64,000 bases of DNA. It comes from Nemertoderma westbladi (Eukaryota > Animalia > Xenacoelomorpha). The translations under genes and the position numbers were made by a program. The stretch covers positions 62,007 to 126,006 of the forward strand of contig JAUCBJ010008402.1 in NCBI GenBank assembly GCA_032718475.1, given 5' to 3'. Below, one piece after another: positions 25,401-40,400 of this stretch (its first letter is position 1; each line of letters starts with the position of its first letter). Under the pieces are notes generated by a model. The model searched no databases and was not told the DNA's origin. It worked only from the letters and a program-made list of their open reading frames with translations.

Positions 25401-28400
25401 ACTGTAAACTGTAAGATAACCTCTGCTACCAACCACCCAGCTGCCCACTGTAAACTGTAAGATAACCTCAGCTACCAACCTCCCAGCTGCCCACTGTAAA
25501 CTGTAAGATAACCTCAGCTACCAACCTTCCAGCTGCCCACTGTAAACTGTAAGATAACCTCAGCTTCCAACCTTCCAGCTGCCCACTGTAAACTGTAAGA
25601 TAACCTCAGCTACCAACCACCCAGCTGCCCACTGTAAACTGTAAGATAACCTCAGCTACCAACCTTCCAGCTGCCAACTGTAAACTGTAAGATAACCTCA
25701 GCTACCAACAACCCAGCTGCCCACTGTAAACTGTAAGATAACCTCAGCTACCAACCTCCCAGCTGCCCACTGTAAACTGTAAGATAACCTCAGCTACCAA
25801 CCTTCCAGCTGCCCACTGTAAACTGTAAGATAACCTCAGCTACCAACCTTCCAGCTGCCCACTGTAAACTGTAAGATAACCTCAGCTACCAACCACCCAG
25901 CTGCCCACTGTAAACTGTAAAATAACCTCAGCTACCAACCTTCCAGGTGCCCACTGTAAACTGCAAGATAACCTCAGCTACCAACCACCCAGCTGCCCAC
26001 TGTAAACTGCAAGATAACCTCAGCTACCAAACTTCCTTCCAGCTGCCCACTGTAAACTGTAAAATAACCTCAGCTACCAACCTTCCAGGTGCCCACTGTA
26101 AACTGTAAGATAACCTCATCTACCAACCTTCCTTCCAGCTGCTCACTGTAAACTGTAAGATAACCTCAGCTACCAACCTTCCAGCTGCCCACTGTAAACT
26201 GTAAGATAACCTCAGCTACCAACCTTCCGGCTGCCCACTGTAAGCTGTAACATATACTCTGCTAGCAACCACCCAGCTGCCACTGTAAACTGTAAGATAA
26301 CCTCAGCTACCAACCTTCCAGCTGCCCACTGTAAACTGTAAGATAACCTCAGCTACCAACCTTCCAGCTGCCCACTGTAAACTGTAAGATAACCTCAGCT
26401 ACCAACCTTCCAGCTGCCCACTGTAAACTGTAAGATAACCTCAGCTACCAACCATCCAGCTGCCCACTGTAAACTGTAAGATAACCTCAGCTACCAACCA
26501 CCCAGCTGCCCACTGTAAACTGTAAGATAACCTCAGCTACCAACCTTCCAGCTGCCCACTGTAAACTGTAAGATAACCTCAGCTACCAACCTCCTAGCTG
26601 CCCACTGTAAACTGTAAGATAACCTCAGCTACCAACCTTCCTTCCAGCTGCCCACTGTAAACTGTAAGATAACCTCAGCTACCAACCTCCCAGCTGCCCA
26701 CTGTAAACTGTAAGATAACCTCAGCTACCAACCCCTTCCAGCTGCCCACTGTAAACTGTAAGATAACCTCAGCTACCAACCTTCCTTCAGCTGCCCACTG
26801 TAAACTGTAAGATAACCTCAGCTACCAACCTTCCAGCTGCCCACTGTAAACTGTAAGATAACCTCAGCTACCAACCTTCCTTCCAGCTGCCCACTGTAAA
26901 CTGTAAGATAACCTCAGCTACCAACCTTCCTTCCAGCTGCCCACTGTAAACTGTAAGATAACCTCAGCTACCAACCTCTCCAGCTGCCCACTGTAAACTG
27001 TAAGATAACCTCAGCTACCAACCTTCCAGCTGCCCACTGTAAACTGTAAGATAACCTCAGCTACCAACCTTCCAGCTGCCCACTGTAAACTGTAAGATAA
27101 CCTCAGCTACCAACCTCCCAGCTGCCCACTGTAAACTGTAAGATAACCTCAGCTACCAACCTCCCAGCTGCCCACTGTAACTGTAACATAACCTGCTACA
27201 ACCCCCAGCTGCCACTGTAAACTGTAAGATAACCTCAGCTACCAACCTTCCAGCTGCCCACTGTAAACTGTAAGATAACCTCAGCTACCAACCACCCAGC
27301 TGCCCACTGTAAACTGTAAGATAACCTCAGCTACCAACCTTCCAGCTGCCCACTGTAAACTGTAAGATAACCTCAGCTACCAACCTCTCCAGCTGCCCAC
27401 TGTAAACTGTAAGATAACCTCAGCTACCAACCTTCCAGCTGCCCACTGTAAACTGTAAGATAACCTCAGCTACCAACCTTCCAGCTGCCCACTGTAAACT
27501 GTAAGATAACCTCAGCTACCAGCCTTCCTTCCAGCTGCCCACTGTAAACTGTAAGATAACCTCAGCTACCAACCTTCCAGCTGCCCACTGTAAACTGTAA
27601 GATAACCTCAGCTACCAACCTTCCTTCCAGCTACCCACTGTAAACTGTAAGATAACCTCAGCTACCAACCTTCCAGCTGCCCACTGTAAACTGTAAGATA
27701 ACCTCAGCTACCAACCATCCAGCTGCCCACTGTAAACTGTAAGATAACCTCAGCTACCAACCTTCCAGCTGCCCACTGTAAACTGTAAGATAACCTCAGC
27801 TACCAACCTCCCAGCTGCCCACTGTAAACTGTAAGATAACCTCAGCTACCAACCTCTCCAGCTGCCCACTGTAAACTGTAAGATAACCTCAGCTACCAAC
27901 CTCCCAGCTGCCACTGTAAACTGTAAGATAACCTCAGCTACCAACCACCCAGCTGCCCACTGTAAACTGTAAGATAACCTCAGCTACCAACCTTCCAGCT
28001 GCCCACTGTAAACTGTAAGATAACCTCAGCTACCAACCTCCCAGCTGCCCACTGTAAACTGTAAGATAACCTCAGCTACCAACCTTCCAGCTGCCCACTG
28101 TAAACTGTAAGATAACCTCAGCTACCAACCTTCCAGCTGCCCACTGTAAACTGTAAGATAACCTCAGCTACCAACCTTCCTTCCAGCTGCCCACTGTAAA
28201 CTGTAAGATAACCTCAGCTACCAACCTTCCAGCTGCCCACTGTAAACTGTAAGATAACCTCAGCTACCAACCTTCCTTCCAGCTGCCCACTGTAAACTGT
28301 AAGATAACCTCAGCTACCAACCTCCCAGCTGCCCACTGTAAACTGTAAGATAACCTCAGCTACCAACCTTCCAGCTGCCCACTGTAAACTGTAAGATAAC

Positions 28401-31400
28401 CTCAGCTACCAACCTTCCAGCTGCCCACTGTAAACTGTAAGATAACCTCAGCTACCAACCTTCCAGCTGCCCACTGTAAACTGTAAGATAACCTCAGCTA
28501 CCATCCTTCCAGCTGCCCACTGTAAACTGTAAGATAACCTCAGCTACCAACCTTCCAGCTGCCCAAGGTAAACTGTAAGATAACCTCAGCTACCAACCAC
28601 CCAGCTGCCCACTGTAAGCTGTAACATATACTCTGCTAGCAACCACCCAGCTGCCCACTGTAAGCTGTAACATATACTCTGCTAGCAACCACCTAGCTGC
28701 CCACTGTAAACTGTAAGATAACCTCAGCTACCAACCTTCCTTCCAGCTGCCCACTGTAAACTGTAAGATAACCTCAGCTACCAACCTCCTCCAGCTGCCC
28801 ACTGTAAACTGTAAGATAACCTCAGCTACCAACCTTCCTTCCAGCTGCCCACTGTAAACTGTAAGATAACCTCAGCTACCAACCTTCCAGCTGCCCACTG
28901 TAAACTGTAAGATAACCTCAGCTACCAACCTCTCCAGCTGCCCAACTGTAAACTGTAAGATAACCTCAGCTACCAACCTTCCTTCCAGCTGCCCACTGTA
29001 AACTGTAAGATAACCTCAGCTACCAACCTCCCAGCTGCCCACTGTAAACTGTAAGATAACCTCTGCTACCAACCACCCAGCTGCCCACTGTAAACTGTAA
29101 GATAACCTCAGCTACCAACCTCCCAGCTGCCCACTGTAAACTGTAAGATAACCTCAGCTACCAACCTTCCAGCTGCCCACTGTAAACTGTAAGATAACCT
29201 CAGCTTCCAACCTTCCAGCTGCCCACTGTAAACTGTAAGATAACCTCAGCTACCAACCACCCAGCTGCCCACTGTAAACTGTAAGATAACCTCAGCTACC
29301 AACCTTCCAGCTGCCAACTGTAAACTGTAAGATAACCTCAGCTACCAACAACCCAGCTGCCCACTGTAAACTGTAAGATAACCTCAGCTACCAACCTTCC
29401 AGCTGCCCACTGTAAACTGTAAGATAACCTCAGCTACCAACCTTCCGGCTGCCCACTGTAAGCTGTAACATATACTCTGCTAGCAACCACCCAGCTGCCA
29501 CTGTAAACTGTAAGATAACCTCAGCTACCAACCTTCCGGCTGCCCACTGTAAACTGTAAGATAACCTCAGCTACCAACCTTCCGGCTGCCCACTGTAAGC
29601 TGTAACATATACTCTGCTAGCAACCACCCAGCTGCCACTGTAAACTGTAAGATAACCTCAGCTACCAACCTTCCAGCTGCCCACTGTAAACTGTAAGATA
29701 ACCTCAGCTACCAACCTTCCGGCTGCCCACTGTAAGCTGTAACATATACTCTGCTAGCAACCACCCAGCTGCCACTGTAAACTGTAAGATAACCTCGGCT
29801 ACCAACCTTCCAGCTGCCCACTGTAAGCTGTAACATATACTCTGCTAGCAACCACCCAGCTGCCACTGTAAACTGTAAGATAACCTCAGCTACCAACCTT
29901 CCAGCTGCCCACTGTAAACTGCAAGATAACCTCAGCTACCAACCTTCCAGCTGCCCACTGTAAACTGTAAGATAACCTCAGCTACCAACCTTCCGGCTGC
30001 CCACTGTAAGCTGTAACATATACTCTGCTAGCAACCACCCAGCTGCCACTGTAAACTGTAAGATAACCTCAGCTACCAACCTTCCAGCTGCCCACTGTAA
30101 ACTGCAAGATAAGCTCAGCTACCAACCTTCCAGCTGCCCACTGTAAACTGTAAGATAACCTCAGCTACCAACCTTCCAGCTGCCCACTGTAAACTGTAAG
30201 ATAACCTCAGCTACCAACCACCCAGCTGCCCACTGTAAACTGTAAGATAACCTCAGCTACCAACCTTCCAGCTACCCACTGTAAACTGTAAGATAACCTC
30301 GGCTAACAACCATCCTTCCAGCTGCCAACTGTAAACTGTAAGATAACCTCAGCTACCAACCTTCCAGCTGCCCACTGTAAACTGTAAGATAACCTCAGCT
30401 ACCAACCTTCCAGCTGCCCACTGTAAACTGTAAGATAACCTCAGCTACCAACCTTCCAGCTGCCCACTGTAAACTGTAAGATAACCTCAGCTACCAACCT
30501 TCCAGCTGCCCACTGTAAACTGTAAGATAACCTCAGTTACCAACCACCCAGCTGCCACTGTAAACTGTAAGATAACCTCAGCTACCAACAACCCAGCTGC
30601 CCACTGTAAACTGTAAGATAACCTCAGCTACCAACCTTCCAGCTGCCCACTGTAAACTGTAAGATAACCTCAGCTACCAACCTCCTAGCTGCCCACTGTA
30701 AACTTAAGATAACCTCAGCTACCAACCTTCCTTCCAGCTGCCAACTGTAAACTGTAAGATAACCTCAGCTACCAACCTCCCAGCTGCCCACTGTAAACTG
30801 TAAGATAACCTCAGCTACCAACCACCCAGCTGCCCACTGTAAACTGTAAGATAACCTCAGCTACCAACCTTCCTTCAAGCTGCCAACTGTAAACTGTAAG
30901 ATAACCTCAGCTACCAACCTCCTAGCTGCCCACTGTAAACTGTAAGATAACCTCAGCTACCAACCTTCCTTCCAGCTGCCAACTGTAAACTGTAAGATAA
31001 CCTCAGCTACCAACCATCCTTCCAGCTGCCCACTGTAAACTGTAAGATAACCTCGGCTACCAACCTCCCAGCTGCCCACTGTAAACTGTAAGATAACCTC
31101 GGCTACCAACCTCCCAGCTGCCCACTGTAAACTGTAAGATAACCTCAGCTAACAACCTCCTAGCTGCCCACTGTAAACTGTAAGATAACCTCAGCTACCA
31201 ACTACCCAGCTGCCCACTGTAAACTGTAAGATAACCTCAGTTACCAACCACCCAGCTGCCCACTGTAAGCTGTAACATATACTCTGCTAGCAACCACCCA
31301 GCTGCCACTGTAAACTGTAAGATAACCTCAGCTACCAACAACCCAGCTGCCCACTGTAAACTGTAAGATAACCTCAGCTACCAACCACCAAGCTGCCCAC

Positions 31401-34400
31401 TGTAAACTGTAAGATAACCTCAGCTACCAACCTTCCAGCTGCCCACTGTAAACTGTAAGATAACCTCAGCTACCAGCCTTCCTTCCAGCTGCCCACTGTA
31501 AACTGTAAGATAACCTCAGCTAACAACCTTCCAGCTGCCCACTGTAAACTGTAAGATAACCTCAGCTACCAACCTTCCAGCTGCCCACTGTAAACTGTAA
31601 GATAACCTCAGCTACCAGCCTTCCTTCCAGCTGCCCACTGTAAACTGTAAGATAACCCCAGCTACCAACCTCCCAGCTGCCCACTGTAAACTGTAAGATA
31701 ACCTCAGCTACCAACCTTCCTTCCAGCTACCAACTGTAAACTGTAAGATAACCTCAGCTACCAACCTCCCAGCTGCCCACTGTAAACTGTAAGATAACCT
31801 CAGCTACCAACCACCCAGCTGCCCACTGTAAACTGTAAGATAACCTCAGCTACCAACCTCCCAGCTGCCCACTGTAAACTGTAAGATAACCTCAGCTACC
31901 AACCTCCTAGCTGCCCACTGTAAACTGTAAGATAACCTCAGCTACCAACCTTCCTTCCAGCTGCCAACTGTAAACTGTAAGATAACCTCAGCTACCAACC
32001 TCCCAGCTGCCACTGTAAACTGTAAGATAACCTCAGCTACCAACAACCCAGCTGCCCACTGTAAACTGTAAGATAACCTCAGCTACCAACCTTCCAGCTG
32101 CCCACTGTAAACTGTAAGATAACCTCAGCTACCAACCTCCCAGCTGCCCACTGTAAACTGTAAGATAACCTCAGCTACCAACCTTCCAGCTGCCCAAGGT
32201 AAACTGTAAGATAACCTCAGCTACCAACCTCCCAGCTGCCCACTGTAAACTGTAAGATAACCTCAGCTACCAACCTTCCTTCCAGCTGCCAACTGTAAAC
32301 TGTAAGATAACCTCAGCTACCAACCTTCCAGCAACCCACTGTAAACTGTAAGATAACCTCAGCTACCAACCTTCCTTCCAGCTGCCAACTGTAAACTGTA
32401 AGATAACCTCAGCTACCAACCTCCCAGCTGCCCACTGTAAACTGTAAGATAACCTCAGCTACCAACCTTCCAGCTGCCCACTGTAAACTGTAAGATAACC
32501 TCAGCTACCAACCTCCTAGCTGCCCACTGTAAACTGTAAGATAACCTCAGCTACCAACCTCCCAGCTGCCCACTGTAAACTGTAAGATAACCTCAGCTAC
32601 CTTCCTTCCAGCTGCCAACTGTAAACTGTAAGATAACCTCAGCTACCAACCTTCCAGCTGCCCAAGGTAAACTGTAAGATAACCTCAGCTACCAACCACC
32701 CAGCTGCCCACTGTAAGCTGTAACATATACTCTGCTAGCAACCACCCAGCTGCCCACTGTAAGCTGTAACATATACTCTGCTAGCAACCACCTAGCTGCC
32801 CACTGTAAACTGTAAGATAACCTCAGCTACAACCTTCCTTCCAGCTGCCCACTGTAAACTGTAAGATAACCTCAGCTACCAACCTTCCTTCCAGCTGCCC
32901 ACTGTAAACTGTAAGATAACCTCAGCTACCAACCTTCCTTCCAGCTGCCCACTGTAAACTGTAAGATAACCTCAGCTACCAACCTTCCAGCAACCCACTG
33001 TAAACTGTAAGATAACCTCAGCTACCAACCTTCCTTCCAGCTGCCAACTGTAAACTGTAAGATAACCTCAGCTACCAACCTTCCTTCCAGCTGCCAACTG
33101 TAAACTGTAAGATAACCTCAGCTACCAACCTCCCAGCTGCCCACTGTAAACTGTAAGATAACCTCTGCTACCAACCACCCAGCTGCCCACTGTAAACTGT
33201 AAGATAACCTCAGCTACCAACCTCCCAGCTGCCCACTGTAAACTGTAAGATAACCTCAGCTACCAACCTTCCAGCTGCCCACTGTAAACTGTAAGATAAC
33301 CTCAGCTTCCAACCTTCCAGCTGCCCACTGTAAACTGTAAGATAACCTCAGCTACCAACCACCCAGCTGCCCACTGTAAACTGTAAGATAACCTCAGCTA
33401 CCAACCTTCCAGCTGCCAACTGTAAACTGTAAGATAACCTCAGCTACCAACAACCCAGCTGCCCACTGTAAACTGTAAGATAACCTCAGCTACCAACCTC
33501 CCAGCTGCCCACTGTAAACTGTAAGATAACCTCAGCTACCAACCTTCCAGCTGCCCACTGTAAACTGTAAGATAACCTCAGCTACCAACCTTCCAGCTGC
33601 CCACTGTAAACTGTAAGATAACCTCAGCTACCAACCACCCAGCTGCCCACTGTAAACTGTAAAATAACCTCAGCTACCAACCTTCCAGGTGCCCACTGTA
33701 AACTGCAAGATAACCTCAGCTACCAACCACCCAGCTGCCCACTGTAAACTGCAAGATAACCTCAGCTACCAAACTTCCTTCCAGCTGCCCACTGTAAACT
33801 GTAAAATAACCTCAGCTACCAACCTTCCAGGTGCCCACTGTAAACTGTAAGATAACCTCATCTACCAACCTTCCTTCCAGCTGCTCACTGTAAACTGTAA
33901 GATAACCTCAGCTACCAACCTTCCAGCTGCCCACTGTAAACTGTAAGATAACCTCAGCTACCAACCTTCCAGCTGCCCACTGTAAACTGTAAGATAACCT
34001 CAGCTACCAACCATCCAGCAACCCACTGTAAACTGTAAGATAACCTCAGCTACCAACCTCCCAGCTGCCCACTGTAAACTGTAAGATAACCTCGGCTACC
34101 AACCTTCCAGCTGCCCACTGTAAACTGTAAGATAACCTCAGCTACCAACCATCCAGCTGCCCAAGGTAAACTGTAAGATAACCTCAGCTACCAGCCTTCC
34201 AGCTGCCCACTGTAAACTGTAAGATAACCTCAGCTACCAACCACCCAGCTGCCCACTGTAAACTGTAAGATAACCTCAGCTACCAACCATCCAGCTGCCC
34301 ACTGTAAACTGTAAGATAACCTCGGCTACCAACCTTCCTTCCAGCTGCCCACTGTAAACTGTAAGATAACCTCAGCTACCAACCATCCAGCTGCCCAAGG

Positions 34401-37400
34401 TAAACTGTAAGATAACCTCAGCTACCAACCTTCCTTCCAGCTGCCCACTGTAAACTGTAAGATAACCTCAGCTACCAACCTTCCTTCCAGCTGCCCACTG
34501 TAAACTGTAAGATAACCTCAGCTACCAACCTTCCAGCTGCCCACTGTAAACTGTAAGATAACCTCAGCTACCAACCATCCAGCTGCCCAAGGTAAACTGT
34601 AAGATAACCTCAGCTACCAACCTTCCTTCCAGCTGCCCACTGTAAACTGTAAGATAACCTCAGCTACCAACCTTCCTTCCAGCTGCCCACTGTAAACTGT
34701 AAGATAACCTCAGCTACCAACCTTCCAGCTGCCCACTGTAAACTGTAAGATAACCTCAGCTACCAACCTTCCAGCTGCCCACTGTAAACTGTAAGATAAC
34801 CTCAGCTACCAACCATCCAGCTGCCCAAGGTAAACTGTAAGATAACCTCAGCTACCAACCTTCCTTCCAGCTGCCCACTGTAAACTGTAAGATAACCTCA
34901 GCTACCAGCCTTCCAGCTGCCCACTGTAAACTGTAAGATAACCTCAGCTACCAACCACCCAGCTGCCCACTGTAAACTGTAAGATAACCTCAGCTACCAA
35001 CCTTCCAGCTGCCCACTGTAAACTGTAAGATAACCTCAGCTACCAACCACCCAGCTGCCCACTGTAAACTGTAAGATAACCTCAGCTACCAACCTTCAGC
35101 TGCCCACTGTAAACTGTAAGATAACCTCAGCTACCAACCTCCCAGCTGCCACTGTAAACTGTAAGATAACCTCAGCTACCAACCACCCAGCTGCCACTGT
35201 AAACTGTAAGATAACCTCAGCTACCAACCTTCCAGCTGCCCACTGTAAACTGTAAGATAACCTCAGCTACCAACCATCCAGCTGCCCACTGTAAACTGTA
35301 AGATAACCTCAGCTACCAGCCTCTCCAGCTGCCCACTGTAAACTGTAAGATAACCTCAGCTACCAACCTCCCAGCTGCCCACTGTAAACTGTAAGATAAC
35401 CTCAGCTACCAACCTTCCAGCTGCCCACTGTAAACTGTAAGATAACCTCAGCTACCAACCTCCCAGCTGCCCACTGTAAACTGTAAGATAACCTCAGCTA
35501 CCAACCACCCAGCTGCCACTGTAAACTGTAAGATAACCTCAGCTACCAACCTTCCAGCTGCCCACTGTAAACTGTAAGATAACCTCAGCTACCAACCTCC
35601 CAGCTGCCCACTGTAAACTGTAAGATAACCTCAGCTACCAACCTCTCCAGCTGCCACTGTAAACTGTAAGATAACCTCAGCTACCAACCTTCCAGCTGCC
35701 CACTGTAAACTGTAAGATAACCTCAGCTACCAACCATCCAGCTGCCCACTGTAAACTGTAAGATAACCTCAGCTACCAACCTTCCAGCTGCCCACTGTAA
35801 ACTGTAAGATAACCTCAGCTACCAACCTCCAGCTGCCCACTGTAAACTGTAAGATAACCTCAGCTACCAACCTCCCAGCTGCCCACGTGTAAACTGTAAG
35901 ATAACCTCAGCTACCAACCTTCCTTCCAGCTGCCCACTGTAAACTGTAAGATAACCTCAGCTACCAACCTTCCAGCTGCCCACTGTAAACTGTAAGATAA
36001 CCTCAGCTACCAACCTTCCAGCTGCCCACTGTAAACTGTAAGATAACCTCAGCTACCAACCTTCCAGCTGCCCACTGTAAACTGTAAGATAACCTCAGCT
36101 ACCAACCTCCCAGCTGCCCACTGTAAACTGTAAGATAACCTCAGCTACCAACCTTCCTTCCAGCTGCCCACTGTAAACTGTAAGATAACCTCAGCTACCA
36201 ACCTTCCTAGCTGCCCACTGTAAACTGTAAGATAACCTCAGCTACCAACCTCCCAGCTGCCCACTGTAAACTGTAAGATAACCTCAGCTACCAACCTTCC
36301 AGCTGCCCACTGTAAACTGTAAGATAACCTCAGCTACCAACCACCCAGCTGCCCACTGTAAACTGTAAGATAACCTCAGCTACCAACCTACCCAGCTGCC
36401 CACTGTAAACTGTAAGATAACCTCAGCTACCAACCTTCCAGCTGCCCACTGTAAACTGTAAGATAACCTCAGCTACCAACCACCCAGCTGCCCACTGTAA
36501 ACTGTAAGATAACCTCAGCTACCAACCTTCCTTCCAGCTGCCCACTGTAAACTGTAAGATAACCTCAGCTACCAACCTCTTCCAGCTGCCCACTGTAAAC
36601 TGTAAGATAACCTCAGCTACCAACCTTCCTTCCAGCTGCCCACTGTAAACTGTAAGATAACCTCAGCTACCAACCTTCCTTCCAGCTGCCCACTGTAAAC
36701 TGTAAGATAACCTCAGCTACCAACCTCCCAGCTGCCCACTGTAAACTGTAAGATAACCTCAGCTACCAACCACCCAGCTGCCCACTGTAAACTGTAAGAT
36801 AACCTCAGCTACCAACCTCCCAGCTGCCCACTGTAAACTGTAAGATAACCTCAGCTACCAACCACCCAGCTGCCCACTGTAAACTGTAAGATAACCTCAG
36901 CTACCAACCTCCAGCTGCCCACTGTAAACTGTAAGATAACCTCAGCCACCAACCTTCCAGCTGCCACTGTAAACTGTAAGATAACCTCATCTACCAGCCA
37001 CCCAGCTGCCCACTGTAAACTGTAAGATAACCTCAGCTACCAACCTTCCAGCTGCCCACTGTAAACTGTAAGATAACCTCAGCTACCAACCTTCCAGCTG
37101 CCCACTGTAAACTGTAAGATAACCTCAGCTACCAACCATCCAGCTGCCCACTGTAAACTGTAAGATAACCTCAGCTACCAACCTTCCAGCTGCCAACTGT
37201 AAACTGTAAGATAACCTCAGCTACCAACAACCCAGCTGCCCACTGTAAACTGTAAGATAACCTCAGCTACCAACCTCCCAGCTGCCCACTGTAAACTGTA
37301 AGATAACCTCAGCTACCAACCTTCCAGCTGCCCACTGTAAACTGTAAGATAACCTCAGCTACCAACCTTCCAGCTGCCCACTGTAAACTGTAAGATAACC

Positions 37401-40400
37401 TCAGCTACCAACCACCCAGCTGCCCACTGTAAACTGTAAAATAACCTCAGCTACCAACCTTCCAGGTGCCCACTGTAAACTGCAAGATAACCTCAGCTAC
37501 CAACCACCCAGCTGCCCACTGTAAACTGCAAGATAACCTCAGCTACCAAACTTCCTTCCAGCTGCCCACTGTAAACTGTAAAATAACCTCAGCTACCAAC
37601 CTTCCAGGTGCCCACTGTAAACTGTAAGATAACCTCATCTACCAACCTTCCTTCCAGCTGCTCACTGTAAACTGTAAGATAACCTCAGCTACCAACCTTC
37701 CAGCTGCCCACTGTAAACTGTAAGATAACCTCAGCTACCAACCTTCCAGCTGCCCACTGTAAACTGTAAGATAACCTCAGCTACCAACCATCCAGCAACC
37801 CACTGTAAACTGTAAGATAACCTCAGCTACCAACCTCCCAGCTGCCCACTGTAAACTGTAAGATAACCTCGGCTACCAACCTTCCAGCTGCCCACTGTAA
37901 ACTGTAAGATAACCTCAGCTACCAACCATCCAGCTGCCCAAGGTAAACTGTAAGATAACCTCAGCTACCAGCCTTCCAGCTGCCCACTGTAAACTGTAAG
38001 ATAACCTCAGCTACCAACCACCCAGCTGCCCACTGTAAACTGTAAGATAACCTCAGCTACCAACCATCCAGCTGCCCACTGTAAACTGTAAGATAACCTC
38101 GGCTACCAACCTTCCTTCCAGCTGCCCACTGTAAACTGTAAGATAACCTCAGCTACCAACCATCCAGCTGCCCAAGGTAAACTGTAAGATAACCTCAGCT
38201 ACCAACCTTCCTTCCAGCTGCCCACTGTAAACTGTAAGATAACCTCAGCTACCAACCTTCCTTCCAGCTGCCCACTGTAAACTGTAAGATAACCTCAGCT
38301 ACCAACCTTCCAGCTGCCCACTGTAAACTGTAAGATAACCTCAGCTACCAACCATCCAGCTGCCCAAGGTAAACTGTAAGATAACCTCAGCTACCAACCT
38401 TCCTTCCAGCTGCCCACTGTAAACTGTAAGATAACCTCAGCTACCAACCTTCCTTCCAGCTGCCCACTGTAAACTGTAAGATAACCTCAGCTACCAACCT
38501 TCCAGCTGCCCACTGTAAACTGTAAGATAACCTCAGCTACCAACCTTCCAGCTGCCCACTGTAAACTGTAAGATAACCTCAGCTACCAACCATCCAGCTG
38601 CCCAAGGTAAACTGTAAGATAACCTCAGCTACCAACCTTCCTTCCAGCTGCCCACTGTAAACTGTAAGATAACCTCAGCTACCAGCCTTCCAGCTGCCCA
38701 CTGTAAACTGTAAGATAACCTCAGCTACCAACCACCCAGCTGCCCACTGTAAACTGTAAGATAACCTCAGCTACCAACCTTCCAGCTGCCCACTGTAAAC
38801 TGTAAGATAACCTCAGCTACCAACCACCCAGCTGCCCACTGTAAACTGTAAGATAACCTCAGCTACCAACCTTCAGCTGCCCACTGTAAACTGTAAGATA
38901 ACCTCAGCTACCAACCTCCCAGCTGCCACTGTAAACTGTAAGATAACCTCAGCTACCAACCACCCAGCTGCCACTGTAAACTGTAAGATAACCTCAGCTA
39001 CCAACCTTCCAGCTGCCCACTGTAAACTGTAAGATAACCTCAGCTACCAACCATCCAGCAACCCACTGTAAACTGTAAGATAACCTCAGCTACCAACCAT
39101 CCATCTGCCCACTGTAAACTGTAAGATAACCTCAGCTACCAACCATCCAGCTGCCTAAGGTAAACTGTAAGATAACCTCAGCTACCAGCCTTCCAGCTGC
39201 CCACTGTAAACTGTAAGATAACCTCAGCTACCAACCTCCCAGCTGCCACTGTAAACTGTAAGATAACCTCAGCTACCAACCTTCCAGCTGCCCACTGTAA
39301 ACTGTAAGATAACCTCAGCTACCAACCTCCCAGCTGCCACTGTAAACTGTAAGATAACCTCAGCTACCAACCACCCAGCTGCCACTGTAAACTGTAAGAT
39401 AACCTCAGCTACCAACCTTCCAGCTGCCCACTGTAAACTGTAAGATAACCTCAGCTACCAACCATCCAGCTGCCCACTGTAAACTGTAAGATAACCTCAG
39501 CTACCAACCTTCCAGCTGCCACTGTAAACTGTAAGATAACCTCAGCTACCAACCTTCCAGCTGCCCACTGTAAACTGTAAGATAACCTCAGCTACCAACC
39601 ATCCAGCTGCCCACTGTAAACTGTAAGATAACCTCAGCTACCAACCTTCCAGCTGCCCACTGTAAACTGTAAGATAACCTCAGCTACCAACCATCCAGCT
39701 GCCCACTGTAAACTGTAAGATAACCTCAGCTACCAACCTCCCAGCTGCCCACTGTAAATGTAAGCTGTAAGATAACCTCAGCTACCAACCTTCCTTCCAG
39801 CTGCCCACTGTAAACTGTAAGATAACCTCAGCTACCAACCTTCCAGCTGCCCACTGTAAACTGTAAGATAACCTCAGCTACCAACCTTCCAGCTGCCCAC
39901 TGTAAACTGTAAGATAACCTCAGCTACCAACCTTCCAGCTGCCCACTGTAAACTGTAAGATAACCTCAGCTACCAACCTTCCAGCTGCCCACTGTAAACT
40001 GTAAGATAACCTCAGCTACCAACCTTCCTTCCAGCTGCCCACTGTAAACTGTAAGATAACCTCAGCTACCAACCTTCCTTCCAGCTGCCCACTGTAAACT
40101 GTAAGATAACCTCAGCTACCAACCTTCCAGCTGCCCACTGTAAACTGTAAGATAACCTCAGCTACCAACCTTCCAGCTGCCCACTGTAAACTGTAAGATA
40201 ACCTCAGCTACCAACCATCCAGCTGCCCAAGGTAAACTGTAAGATAACCTCAGCTACCAACCTTCCTTCCAGCTGCCCACTGTAAACTGTAAGATAACCT
40301 CAGCTACCAGCCTTCCAGCTGCCCACTGTAAACTGTAAGATAACCTCAGCTACCAACCACCCAGCTGCCCACTGTAAACTGTAAGATAACCTCAGCTACC

